Of a stretch of DNA of 64,000 nt, positions 31,349 through 40,610 are shown piece by piece. Position numbers and translations under genes: made by a program. Position 1 is the stretch's first letter, and each line of letters opens with the position of its first letter. The notes beneath the pieces are model-generated. The model made no database searches. It had not been told where the DNA came from and was given only the letters and a program-made list of their open reading frames with translations. Location of the stretch: the IMG/VR virus record IMGVR_UViG_3300031963_000006, positions 124,001-188,000 of that record; one strand, 5' to 3'.

Positions 31349-32251
31349 ATGTCCGATGAAAAAGAAATATTGGTTGAGTTACTACGTGAAATTCTTGGTG
31401 ATGAAAAGATGCACTACGAACACAGAGGACAAATCTCATTCAACTGTCCCCTCTGCGACGAGGACCGAAACAAGGGTAATTTAGAGGTCAACTACCTACA
31501 ACACGTATACAAATGTTGGAGTTGTTCGGAAACAAACGGTATGCACGGACCTCTTGGTAAACTAATTGATAACTACGGAAACAAAAAACATAAAAAGGTT
31601 TATAAACTTTTTCAACCTGAGGACATAAAACCAAAGGAAAAACCAAAACAAAAGTTAAGGCTACCTGAAAGTTTTGTTTTATTCAAAGATTCAAACCCAA
31701 TCTATCCGGTATATAAACAAGCATACAACTACCTGAAAAACAGAGGGATAACCGATGAGATTATCGAAAGGTATTCAATAGGATTTTGTGACAACGGAAG
31801 TCACGCTGGTAGAATTATTGTACCATCATATAATATTGAGGGGGAATTGAATTATTATATTGCAAGGAGTTGGGACCCCAAGTCACGAGCCAAATATAAA
31901 AACCCTCAAGCCGAAAAGGATAAGATAATCTTTAACCAACACTTAATTGACTGGAAAAAGGATGTGTATCTTGTTGAGGGGGTATTTGACGGATTCTTTT
32001 TATCAAATAGTATTCCGATGCTTGGTAAACATATGTCAGAGTTGTTGTTTAATACCCTATACGATAAGGTTAAAAAGAATATCATTATTGCCCTCGATGG
32101 TGATGCTTGGGACAACGCTGTTAAATTATATCGTGAGTTAAATGGGGGTAAATTATACGGAAAAATAAAAATTATTCATCTACCCAAAGATAAGGACGTA
32201 TGTGATTTGAGGGGTCAGATAGATGAATACTATGTACAAATAAAGGATTAA
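31349..32251 (+). CDS. dnaG: DnaG-type DNA primase
   Basis: Zn finger CPLC...CWSC; YLKNRG; GRIIVP; KYKN; TOPRIM VEGVFD and ALDGDA; KDVCD. Confidence 0.9.
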   Translation: MSDEKEILVELLREILGDEKMHYEHRGQISFNCPLCDEDRNKGNLEVNYLQHVYKCWSCSETNGMHGPLGKLIDNYGNKKHKKVYKLFQPEDIKPKEKPKQKLRLPESFVLFKDSNPIYPVYKQAYNYLKNRGITDEIIERYSIGFCDNGSHAGRIIVPSYNIEGELNYYIARSWDPKSRAKYKNPQAEKDKIIFNQHLIDWKKDVYLVEGVFDGFFLSNSIPMLGKHMSELLFNTLYDKVKKNIIIALDGDAWDNAVKLYRELNGGKLYGKIKIIHLPKDKDVCDLRGQIDEYYVQIKD

Positions 32252-32252
32252 T

Positions 32253-33107
32253 ATGGATTTAAACAAAATTAGAGACGAAATTAACGGTATAATAAAAAAA
32301 AGACAGGAAGAAATTCAATTAACATTTGAGGAGGAGACCCACACTTACACTATGATGAATAATCAAGGGGTTCTTGTATCGAATTGGATATCAGTAAGTA
32401 AAGTCCTGAAAAAATTTTATGAAGAATTTCCGGCTGAAGAAATATCATTAAAAAAAGCGAAAGGAGATGTTGTAGAACAACAAAGATTACTTGCGGAGTG
32501 GAAAGCCGCGGGTGATTACTCGACAAATATGGGAAGTAGGGTTCACTATTTTTTGGAAAAAAAATCGCATGAAATTTTTAACATTGTTAAGGAAGTGAGA
32601 AAACCTGAATTTGATTGTGACTTTACTCAAATTTTAAAGGGTGATAGTATGATAAACGCTGGAACAAACTTTCTTAAACTGATGAAAGATAGAGGGGCTA
32701 TTTTACTTGACACTGAAATTGTTTTAGGTGACCCTGATTTATCATATGTTGGCCAACCCGATAAAGTTTGGGTTATTGAGAGTAAAGACAAAAAAAGTGT
32801 TGGGTTAATAGTGACCGACTACAAAACCAATAAACCGAAGAACTTTGAGGAGAATCAATTTACTAAAAGAATGAAACCTCCATTTCAAAAACACCCTGAC
32901 AATGCGTTAGGTCACTACTTTTTACAACTACCATTTTATGGGAAATTACTTAAGGAAATGTTAAAAGGGTCAAAATATGAGGATATTAATTTTTTTGGTT
33001 GTATCATTGTGCTACTGAAAGAAAATTCCGATTTCGAGGAGTTTAGAGTACCAAAAGATGTTATTGATACGGTATTTTCTATGAATATGAAACAATATTT
33101 ATCTTAA
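32253..33107 (+). CDS. PD-(D/E)xK exonuclease (Cas4/RecB-like)
   Basis: GSRVH, TE, GQPDK, VTDYKT, LQLPFY motifs. Confidence 0.8.
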   Translation: MDLNKIRDEINGIIKKRQEEIQLTFEEETHTYTMMNNQGVLVSNWISVSKVLKKFYEEFPAEEISLKKAKGDVVEQQRLLAEWKAAGDYSTNMGSRVHYFLEKKSHEIFNIVKEVRKPEFDCDFTQILKGDSMINAGTNFLKLMKDRGAILLDTEIVLGDPDLSYVGQPDKVWVIESKDKKSVGLIVTDYKTNKPKNFEENQFTKRMKPPFQKHPDNALGHYFLQLPFYGKLLKEMLKGSKYEDINFFGCIIVLLKENSDFEEFRVPKDVIDTVFSMNMKQYLS

Positions 33108-33125
33108 CACTAAAAAATAAATGCT

Positions 33126-33662
33126 ATGAAAAACTTATTAATTTTATTTTCACTCATTACAACAATTTTTATTTATGCTCAAGTAACACATAAAAATCCT
33201 GATTGCCAACCTAAAACAAATGCGGAAAAAATGTATGAATCAATTTTAATTCATGCGGATTCGTTTAACATACCGCTTCATATTGCTTTTAATGTTGCCC
33301 GAATGGAAACAGGGTATTTAGGCCCAAACCATGAAAATTATAATCACAAACAAGTATCAAAAGCGGGTGCGGTTGGACCAATGCAAATTATGCCACAGTA
33401 CGCCTCATTTTTTGCGGGATTTCCCGTAAATAAAAAAGAGCTAAAAGAGAATATCGATTTAAATGTTTATATATCGATGAAATTGTTAGCCCAACATTTT
33501 AAAAAGTATGGTGATTGGAAAAAAGTATTAGGTGCTTATAACACAGGTAGACCAATTATTAATAAGTATGCTCAACAAGGTGTCAAAAAGGATTATTTGA
33601 AATATTGGATACCGAATCCTATTGAAAGAGATACCATTGAGTTTTTAACAATCAAAGGATAG
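33126..33662 (+). CDS. Lytic transglycosylase (SLT) with N-terminal signal/anchor
   Basis: ARMETG catalytic Glu; SKAGAVGPMQIMP; GAYNTG; hydrophobic N-terminus. Confidence 0.85.
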   Translation: MKNLLILFSLITTIFIYAQVTHKNPDCQPKTNAEKMYESILIHADSFNIPLHIAFNVARMETGYLGPNHENYNHKQVSKAGAVGPMQIMPQYASFFAGFPVNKKELKENIDLNVYISMKLLAQHFKKYGDWKKVLGAYNTGRPIINKYAQQGVKKDYLKYWIPNPIERDTIEFLTIKG

Positions 33663-33708
33663 GTACTTGATTGTTTGGTTTTTGTTTAGTATGTTTTCAT
33701 AAAAAAAT

Positions 33709-33933
33709 ATGGAAGACTTATTACCAAAAATTGATTTAAAAGAACAACCTAGTGAGGTTTGTGAAAGCTGTGGAAGTGAATATTTTAAGGAAGTCGTTTT
33801 AATTAAAAGGGTGTCTAAACTCTACACAGGTAGTTCTGAAGACACCCTTGTTCCTTTTCCTACATACATGTGTGAAAAGTGTGGACACGTTAACAAAGAT
33901 TTTGCTTTATTTGATAAAGGAACTCAACTATGA
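33709..33933 (+). CDS. Small zinc-ribbon protein
   Basis: CESC and CEKCGH pairs. Confidence 0.7.
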   Translation: MEDLLPKIDLKEQPSEVCESCGSEYFKEVVLIKRVSKLYTGSSEDTLVPFPTYMCEKCGHVNKDFALFDKGTQL

Positions 33934-34709
33934 TAAAAAAACTAGTACACTTTAGTGACCTACATGTTAGGTTGTTTAAGGACCATAACCTATACCGAAG
34001 TATATTGGAAGAAGCTTTTAGTCAATGGAGAAAAATTAATCCTGACCGAATAGTTTTTACAGGTGATTTAGTTCATAGTAAAAACCAAATGACTCCTGAA
34101 CTTGTTGAGTTCATAGCGTGGACATTAAACGAGTGTTCTAAAATTGCAAAGACTATTTTGATACCCGGAAACCACGACTTCTTGGAAAATAATATGGAAA
34201 GACTAGACGCTCTTACTCCTGTAGTAGACTCACTTCAAAATGAAATGGTGGTTTATTATAAAAACAGAGGAGTTTATCAAGATGCAAATATTGACTGGTG
34301 TGTTTATTCACTTATGGACCACAATATCCCACCCGATATTACAAAAAATAATAGAAAGAAAATCGGATTGTTTCATGGACCAGTTCAAGGGTTGACAACT
34401 GATGTTGGATACAAGTTTGATAGTGGATTTGAGTCAGATAAGTTTGATGGGTGTGACCTTGTTTTGTGTGGTGATATTCATAAAAGACAAGTTTTTAACA
34501 TACCTGGAGGCAAGAAGGCTTATATGATTGGCTCAACAATTCAACAAAACTTTGGTGAAACAATTGAAAAACATGGATATGGTATATATGATGTGGAAAA
34601 TGACAAATATGAGTTTGTTAATTTGGTAAACCCAAAACCTTTCCTATCATTCAAATTAAATTCTTATGACCAAATAATTGATGGAACAGAAAAACTCCTT
34701 AACTATTGA
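33930..34709 (+). CDS. sbcD: SbcD/Mre11-like (gp47-like) metallophosphoesterase nuclease
   Basis: SDLH, GDLVH, GNHD, FHG, GDIH and GS..Q..FGE motifs; upstream of SbcC. Confidence 0.85.
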   Translation: MIKKLVHFSDLHVRLFKDHNLYRSILEEAFSQWRKINPDRIVFTGDLVHSKNQMTPELVEFIAWTLNECSKIAKTILIPGNHDFLENNMERLDALTPVVDSLQNEMVVYYKNRGVYQDANIDWCVYSLMDHNIPPDITKNNRKKIGLFHGPVQGLTTDVGYKFDSGFESDKFDGCDLVLCGDIHKRQVFNIPGGKKAYMIGSTIQQNFGETIEKHGYGIYDVENDKYEFVNLVNPKPFLSFKLNSYDQIIDGTEKLLNY

Positions 34710-35175
34710 TTTAAGTATTCAAGACTATAAAGACTTAATGACTTTTTGTAACCTTAATGAAATTAAGTTAGTTGACGATTTTGTAAGACTTTGTTTTAGA
34801 AAAGGGTATTACATAGAGAAATATGGTTTATTAAACCAAGGTCAATTACCTGAAGTTATTGACCGTGAATTAGAGAAAGAAGTTATTAAAGAAGTTATAG
34901 TTGAGAAAGAAATTTTCATCGAAAAACCTGTAGTTGATAATACAAAGATTGAAGAGTTACAAAACGAGATTTATATTTTAAAAGGTAAACTTGAAAATCA
35001 AAAAGAAGTTGAATGTGGTAAATTACAGGAAACTCTGATGAACTTAAACAGACAACTAGGTGAAAAGAATGAGGTTATAAAAGAATTAAGAAATAAGGTT
35101 GATGACCTTGAAAATCTCACAAAAACTTCTTATGCTTTCTACATGAAAAGTTCAAATTTAAAAGATAGATTATAA
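34678..35175 (+). CDS. Hypothetical coiled-coil protein
   Basis: KEVIKEVIVEKE segment and heptad-rich C-terminus; likely start ATG 34681. Confidence 0.6.
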   Translation: MMEQKNSLTIDLSIQDYKDLMTFCNLNEIKLVDDFVRLCFRKGYYIEKYGLLNQGQLPEVIDRELEKEVIKEVIVEKEIFIEKPVVDNTKIEELQNEIYILKGKLENQKEVECGKLQETLMNLNRQLGEKNEVIKELRNKVDDLENLTKTSYAFYMKSSNLKDRL

Positions 35176-35185
35176 AACAAATAAA

Positions 35186-35530
35186 ATGATGACAACTTTA
35201 ATTGCGTGGTTCGTGTTGGCCTACGGGTTTTCCAACATTATGGTTTATGGTAGTATTTTCGAAGGATTTAGAAATACCATAAGTTTATTGGGAATTAGAT
35301 TCTCACTATTTAAATTCTTTTCTGACCTATTGTCATGTATGATGTGTACGTCTACATGGGTTGGATTTTTCTTGGGACTTGTCCTTATTTCCCCCTCTCA
35401 CCATCTTTTCCTAACACCAAAATGGATATCTTGGTTCTTTGATGGACTTATGGCTTCAGGAGCGGTATGGGCGATTAACTCCATCGTTGAATGGTTTGAA
35501 GAAAATAGACCAAAAACTAATCATTTATAA
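35186..35530 (+). CDS. Small membrane protein with CxxC (DUF1360-like)
   Basis: Hydrophobic helices, LLSCMMCTSTWVG. Confidence 0.6.
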   Translation: MMTTLIAWFVLAYGFSNIMVYGSIFEGFRNTISLLGIRFSLFKFFSDLLSCMMCTSTWVGFFLGLVLISPSHHLFLTPKWISWFFDGLMASGAVWAINSIVEWFEENRPKTNHL

Positions 35531-35540
35531 ATTTAATATT

Positions 35541-35735
35541 ATGCCAAAGTCAAGACAACGTAAAAATCACAAACAAAAGGTTGAAAATCGTAACAACCTA
35601 CTCAAGGGTGTTCGTCGTAAGATGGAAAAAGAATATACTGAAATGTTGGAAAAACAACTTCAGCAATATCAAGAACAAATGTCAGCCATGACAGAAGAGA
35701 ACAACTCAGAAGTAGTTGACGTTACCCCAATTTAA
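35541..35735 (+). CDS. Small basic-N-terminus hypothetical protein
   Basis: MPKSRQRKNHK...; ATG 35541 preferred over the track start 35439. Confidence 0.6.
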   Translation: MPKSRQRKNHKQKVENRNNLLKGVRRKMEKEYTEMLEKQLQQYQEQMSAMTEENNSEVVDVTPI

Positions 35736-35738
35736 TAT

Positions 35739-38111
35739 ATGGATTTGTTTAATCCACCGCCCAATTTTAATTATAAAAATATGACTCACGATTTAGAAGT
35801 AGAAAATTTAGAAAACCCTTATATACAAGTCGTTTGGGAGGATTATGCGGAGAACTTCACTCAGGAAAAGATTAAAAGTGTTAGACAGTATTTCCAAAAA
35901 AAATACTTCTCAACTAATGTGAATGTTATAACCAAAACAATCATAACTGAAGAGACGACACATACTGTTGACATATCTTTTAATATTCTTGATAAGAACT
36001 ATCAACATGAACTAATAAAGTCATATTTGAAATCCAAATCAAATGAGGAATTATTTGAAGAAGTTTATAAATTGGATTCAGTGGTGGATAACAAATTGGT
36101 GTTAGACCAGTCAGAAGCGTCCCCATTCAAAAGATGGTACATTAAAAACATTGAGTTCTCAAATTTTCTATCTTATGGTGAAAACCAAAAGTTGGATTTT
36201 GAAAAGTGTAATGGTATTAGTGTAGTTGAGTCTAATCCGCCAAATTTTGGTGGTAAGACGGTTCTGACGGTTGATTTACTTTTATTTCTTTTCTTTAATG
36301 AAACAACCAAAACAACAAAGGCTGAGGAAATCTTTAATAGATTTACCGATAAGAATAAAGTATCGGTTAAAGGTGAAATTGTTATTGATGGAGATGAATA
36401 CATTATTGTTCGTAACATTGAAAGAAAGAAAGCGAAATCGGGGGAATGGAATGTTAAGACTGAATTAGATTTTTTTAAAAAGTTATCCGATGGTAGTTTA
36501 CAGAACTTCACTGGTGAACAACGTAGAGAGACTGAGTCCTTTATCAAAACTTCTATAGGTTCTAAGGATGACTTTTTGATGACAATACTAACAACGGCAA
36601 CAAACCTTGAGGAATTGATTGACTCTAAACCAACAGCAAGGGGTCAAGTATTGTCTCGTTTTATGGGATTAGACTTTCTAAAGAGAAAGGAAGAAGCGGG
36701 TAAGGAGATTTATTCTGAGTTTTCTAAGTCAATGATATCAAATGTTTACAATAGTGAACAACTTAAGAATGACATCGAGACTTATGAGGAGACTATTAAA
36801 ACCAATGAGAAACTTATCACAACTGAACAAGGTAACTTGATTGATGTTCAAGGACGTATTATAAAAGGACAAGAGTATCGTGATGGATTGTTGAAGAACA
36901 AACACATGGATATTGATAAGGAGATTGGTTTATTACAACCTGATAAAGTTAAAGTTGAAATTTCAGGTTTTGAAACTCAAAAATCCCAAGTTGAGAAACA
37001 ATTATCCGAAGTTAAAGTTGTTGAACCTAGCGAATACTATCATGAAGACAAACATGATGAGGTCAAGGACGAATACAACACAGCGTTTAAGAAAAAGGTT
37101 GAAGTTGAAACCAATATTTCATCAATCGAAAAGTTAAAAAGTTCTGTTAGTGGTGGTATTAAATGTGAACACTGTGGTATTGAATTAATGAACGCGGCCA
37201 TAACACAGTCAAGAATCTCAGAACTTGACGGATATCTCACGAATAAAAAGGAAATTGAGGACTTAATGAATGATTTATCAAACAAAGAGAAGGGATTTGT
37301 TAACCTAAAGAAAGAGTTTGATGAGTATGAAAAAAATAAGTTAATCAAAGAGAAGTTGGAACTTAACATAGAAAGTTTCAATATGAAAATTGAAAAACTT
37401 AATGAAAAGCTTACAAAATACGAACAGGCTCAAGAAAAAATACAAGCAAACAATAAGATTGACGAATTGTTAATAAAGGCCGACATTAGACTTGGTGAGT
37501 TGGAGAGAGAAAAGGACGATATCAACAAAAAGATAACAGGTTATCAATTTGAAATTGACAGTCTTAATGAAAAAATTGACAAAAACAAAAAGTTAATTGA
37601 AAAAATTAAGGAAGAATCGTCAAAGGAACGGGTTTATAAGGTATATTTGGAAACATTTGGAAAAAATGGTATTTCCAAACTAATTATGAAAACAATGATG
37701 CCTTTAATTAATTCAGAATTACAAAGGTTGCTTGAAGATAGTTGTCATTTTAGATTGGAAATTAGAATCAATGACAAAAACGAGGTTGAGTTTTTGATGA
37801 TTGATAACAATACTCAAATTGAAAAGTTAATGTCATCGGGTTCGGGATATGAAAGAACTATCGCTTCCTTAGCTTTGAGAGCGGTATTGAGTAAAATATG
37901 TTCTTTACCAAAACCAAACATCATAGTTTTTGATGAAGTATTCGGAAAGATTTCAAATGAAAACTTAGATATGGTTTCAGAGTTCTTTAAGAAAATTAAA
38001 GAATATTTTGAAAAAATATTTGTAATAACACACAACCCTTTGGTTACAAATTGGTCAGATAATGTTGTTAGAATAGAAAAAGTTGATAACATTAGTTTTG
38101 TGAATCAATAA
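35739..38111 (+). CDS. sbcC: SbcC/Rad50-like (gp46-like) ABC ATPase with N-terminal extension
   Basis: IEFSNFLSYG, Walker A NFGGKT, zinc hook CEHC, signature SGSGYE, Walker B IIVFDE, ITH. Confidence 0.9.
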   Translation: MDLFNPPPNFNYKNMTHDLEVENLENPYIQVVWEDYAENFTQEKIKSVRQYFQKKYFSTNVNVITKTIITEETTHTVDISFNILDKNYQHELIKSYLKSKSNEELFEEVYKLDSVVDNKLVLDQSEASPFKRWYIKNIEFSNFLSYGENQKLDFEKCNGISVVESNPPNFGGKTVLTVDLLLFLFFNETTKTTKAEEIFNRFTDKNKVSVKGEIVIDGDEYIIVRNIERKKAKSGEWNVKTELDFFKKLSDGSLQNFTGEQRRETESFIKTSIGSKDDFLMTILTTATNLEELIDSKPTARGQVLSRFMGLDFLKRKEEAGKEIYSEFSKSMISNVYNSEQLKNDIETYEETIKTNEKLITTEQGNLIDVQGRIIKGQEYRDGLLKNKHMDIDKEIGLLQPDKVKVEISGFETQKSQVEKQLSEVKVVEPSEYYHEDKHDEVKDEYNTAFKKKVEVETNISSIEKLKSSVSGGIKCEHCGIELMNAAITQSRISELDGYLTNKKEIEDLMNDLSNKEKGFVNLKKEFDEYEKNKLIKEKLELNIESFNMKIEKLNEKLTKYEQAQEKIQANNKIDELLIKADIRLGELEREKDDINKKITGYQFEIDSLNEKIDKNKKLIEKIKEESSKERVYKVYLETFGKNGISKLIMKTMMPLINSELQRLLEDSCHFRLEIRINDKNEVEFLMIDNNTQIEKLMSSGSGYERTIASLALRAVLSKICSLPKPNIIVFDEVFGKISNENLDMVSEFFKKIKEYFEKIFVITHNPLVTNWSDNVVRIEKVDNISFVNQ

Positions 38112-38126
38112 TTTTGGTTATTTTTG
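38097..38126 (+). promoter_or_regulatory. Bacteroidota-type -33/-7 promoter
   Basis: TTTG (38097-38100), 18 nt, TATTTTTG (38119-38126), before ATG 38138. Confidence 0.45.
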
Positions 38127-38137
38127 TAAAAAATTAT

Positions 38138-38692
38138 ATGAAGTACATTATTTTTATATTCGGAGAGACAGATAATCAAGACAAATTTGTTAATTTGTTA
38201 TGTGACAATATTATTTTGAACATCAATGTTGATTATATAAAGTTTTTTTATGGAGATACCTCTTGTGTGTTTACATTTAAAAGTGAAACACAGTTCGAAG
38301 AGGTATCTAAAAAAGTTACTAAAATATTAGAAAAGATTGATATTTCTTATTTCTTGTTACCTTATAGTGATTTTGAAATTAACGCGAGAATTGATGATGC
38401 GACTCTTGAACATTTGTTTGGTAAAGAGTTAGACGAAGAAACACCCGATTCGGATGAGATGGATTTGGTTGAACCACAAACTTTTTTCTCAAGACTTGAT
38501 GAGGCACTGGCAAATATGAAAGATAATATAGAAGATTATGATGATGAGATTGATATTGACATATTACCAAGATTGAAGAAGAAGAAACCAATAAAAACTC
38601 TTGATGAAATTTTGGACCAGATTAACGAAAATGGATTAAATTCGCTCACAGAAGAAGACAAACAACTTTTAGAAAAATACTCAAACATATAA
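38138..38692 (+). CDS. Hypothetical protein with C-terminal LDEILD..G..SLT.E motif (DUF6576-like)
   Basis: TLDEILDQINENGLNSLTEEDKQLL; ATG 38138 preferred over track start 38114. Confidence 0.6.
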   Translation: MKYIIFIFGETDNQDKFVNLLCDNIILNINVDYIKFFYGDTSCVFTFKSETQFEEVSKKVTKILEKIDISYFLLPYSDFEINARIDDATLEHLFGKELDEETPDSDEMDLVEPQTFFSRLDEALANMKDNIEDYDDEIDIDILPRLKKKKPIKTLDEILDQINENGLNSLTEEDKQLLEKYSNI

Positions 38693-38693
38693 T

Positions 38694-39494
38694 ATGAAAG
38701 AAAAAAACACCGGTATTCCAATTAATCAAGAAGAAATTCAACATTACCTAAAAGATATTCGTAAAATTAAGGTTATGACCCCCGAGAGGGAACGTGAGTT
38801 GGCTAAGATGATTCAATCTGAAAATCTAACCAAACAACAACGAGATGAAATCAACCAAGAAATTTTGGAAGGTAATCTCAGGTTTGTTATCACGGTGGCA
38901 AAACAATATCAAAATCAAGGTTTGGATTTTCCTGACTTGATTGCCGAGGGTAACTTAGGACTATTGAAAGCCATTCAAAACTTTGATTGGAGTAAAAACT
39001 TGAGGTTTATATCATATGCGGTTTGGTGGGTTAAACAATCTATCTTACAGTCCCTCAACGACAACGCTCGTACTATTCGACTTCCAGTAAATGTGGTTCA
39101 GGACCTACAACGAGCAAAGAAAGAGGTGGAATCTAAGGGTGGTAAATTGGATGAGAGATTTGAAATGTTACCGTCTATTATTGATTTGGATATGAACATC
39201 AATGAAGAAGGTGATACTTTGGTTGATGTTATTAAGAACGAAGACGCGGATATGCCTGATGCGGTGTTTAATAACAAAGACGTTCTTAAGATGGAACTAG
39301 TTGGATTGTTAAACGTTTTGGATGAGAGAGAACGAATAATCATATTGGATTATTTCGGACTATCAGGTACACCAAGAACACTCGAAGACATAGGGTCTGA
39401 CTTTAATTTGACGAAAGAGAGAGTACGACAAATTAAAGAAAAGGCTCTAAGAAAACTGAGGAACGAAAGTTCGGTTTTGTTCGACTACATGTAA
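38694..39494 (+). CDS. RNA polymerase sigma-70 factor, Bacteroidota primary-sigma-like
   Basis: NLRFVITVAKQYQNQGL..DLIAEGNLGL, RFISYAVWWVKQSI, ARTIRLP, TLEDIG..FNLTKERVRQIKEKALRKLR; lacks region 1.1. Confidence 0.92.
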   Translation: MKEKNTGIPINQEEIQHYLKDIRKIKVMTPERERELAKMIQSENLTKQQRDEINQEILEGNLRFVITVAKQYQNQGLDFPDLIAEGNLGLLKAIQNFDWSKNLRFISYAVWWVKQSILQSLNDNARTIRLPVNVVQDLQRAKKEVESKGGKLDERFEMLPSIIDLDMNINEEGDTLVDVIKNEDADMPDAVFNNKDVLKMELVGLLNVLDERERIIILDYFGLSGTPRTLEDIGSDFNLTKERVRQIKEKALRKLRNESSVLFDYM

Positions 39495-39501
39495 AAAACA
39501 G

Positions 39502-39540
39502 AAAACCTTCTATTTATTATGATAGAAGGTTTTTTATTTT
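39502..39540 (+). terminator. Intrinsic terminator containing a TATTTAT late-promoter motif
   Basis: AAAACCTTCTAT-ttattatg-ATAGAAGGTTTT plus T run; TATTTAT at 39511-39517. Confidence 0.75.
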
Positions 39541-39559
39541 ATTTAAAAACTAATTTGAT

Positions 39560-39853
39560 ATGAAAAATTTTTTAAACATTTTGGATGTGTGGGGAGTTAG
39601 ATTAATGACCCTATTAATTCTTATTATTTTTATGAAAACTTGTTCTACAAACTCTCGAGTAGATAAGGTTAAAACACAAGTACAATTAAACAATGCAAAA
39701 ATAGATTCTTTGACCATTGAGTTGAGAAAAGAAATCAGAATCGAAGGTCTCGAAACTGAAAGAAGAATGATTCAATCAACTGACAGAGACATCATGGATG
39801 TAAATAGACAGGGTAAAATTGGAGAGATAATCGACAGTTTAAGAGCCCAATGA
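39560..39853 (+). CDS. Membrane-anchored, possibly lipoprotein, coiled-coil protein (lysis cassette)
   Basis: Hydrophobic stretch ending MKTC followed by a coiled coil. Confidence 0.5.
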   Translation: MKNFLNILDVWGVRLMTLLILIIFMKTCSTNSRVDKVKTQVQLNNAKIDSLTIELRKEIRIEGLETERRMIQSTDRDIMDVNRQGKIGEIIDSLRAQ

Positions 39854-40590
39854 TAAAGAAATCTTTACAGTGGATTAAGGATAATCCAAACAGAACAATG
39901 TTCTTGGTCCCAATTATATTGGTAGCCGGAATATCAATCTCTCACGTAGTTGCATGGTACGATATCGCCAATCCAATTAATTGGGCAATTTATCTTTCAA
40001 TCGCAATCGAGGTAGGTGCGATGACAGCTCTTGTTGCGGCAACAAATAAAATAAAGGGTGGAGTTTGGTTTATGTTTGGATTGGTCACCTTAATACAAAT
40101 GATAGGTAATATTTTTTATTCGTATAAAGAAATCGATGCTAATAGTGAATTGTTCAAAGCATGGGTGGAGTTAACCTCACCACTTTGGGAGGCTTTAGGG
40201 TCCGATACGAATGATGTTATCTCACTAAAAAGATGGTTGGCGTTTTTAGAAGGGGGGTTACTTCCGATAATTTCATTAACATCATTACACTTCTTTACAA
40301 AATATGATAGTGGTAAAAAGTCTGAAGTAGTTGTTGAAGAAAAGTTTGTTGAGATAGAAAAAATAGTTGAAGTCGAAAAGATTGTAGAAGTACCGGTTGA
40401 GGTAGAAAAAATTGTTGAAAAAGTAATTGAAGTACCGGTTGAGGTTGAGAAAATTGTAGAGGTTCCTGTCGAAGTTGAAAAAATAGTTGAAAGAATAGTG
40501 GAAGTTCCGGTTGAAAATAAGTTAGATGAAGTGATTGAAGAACCAACAGAAACTGATTCACAGGTAAAAAGACTAACCTACAGAAAATAA
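39850..40590 (+). CDS. Multi-pass membrane protein with VEVPVEVEKI repeats (holin-like candidate)
   Basis: About 4 TM helices; C-terminal tandem EKIVEVPVEV repeats; directly upstream of the amidase. Confidence 0.55.
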   Translation: MIKKSLQWIKDNPNRTMFLVPIILVAGISISHVVAWYDIANPINWAIYLSIAIEVGAMTALVAATNKIKGGVWFMFGLVTLIQMIGNIFYSYKEIDANSELFKAWVELTSPLWEALGSDTNDVISLKRWLAFLEGGLLPIISLTSLHFFTKYDSGKKSEVVVEEKFVEIEKIVEVEKIVEVPVEVEKIVEKVIEVPVEVEKIVEVPVEVEKIVERIVEVPVENKLDEVIEEPTETDSQVKRLTYRK

Positions 40591-40610
40591 ATCACAAATT
40601 GTGATATATT

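Noticed and set aside
36173-38092. Antisense ORFs within sbcC (and similar ones within sigma, 42709, 43680, 56925, DHH and smpB)
   Set aside because: Ser/Phe/Leu-rich mirror translations of Lys/Glu-rich sense genes, with no independent motifs or expression signals
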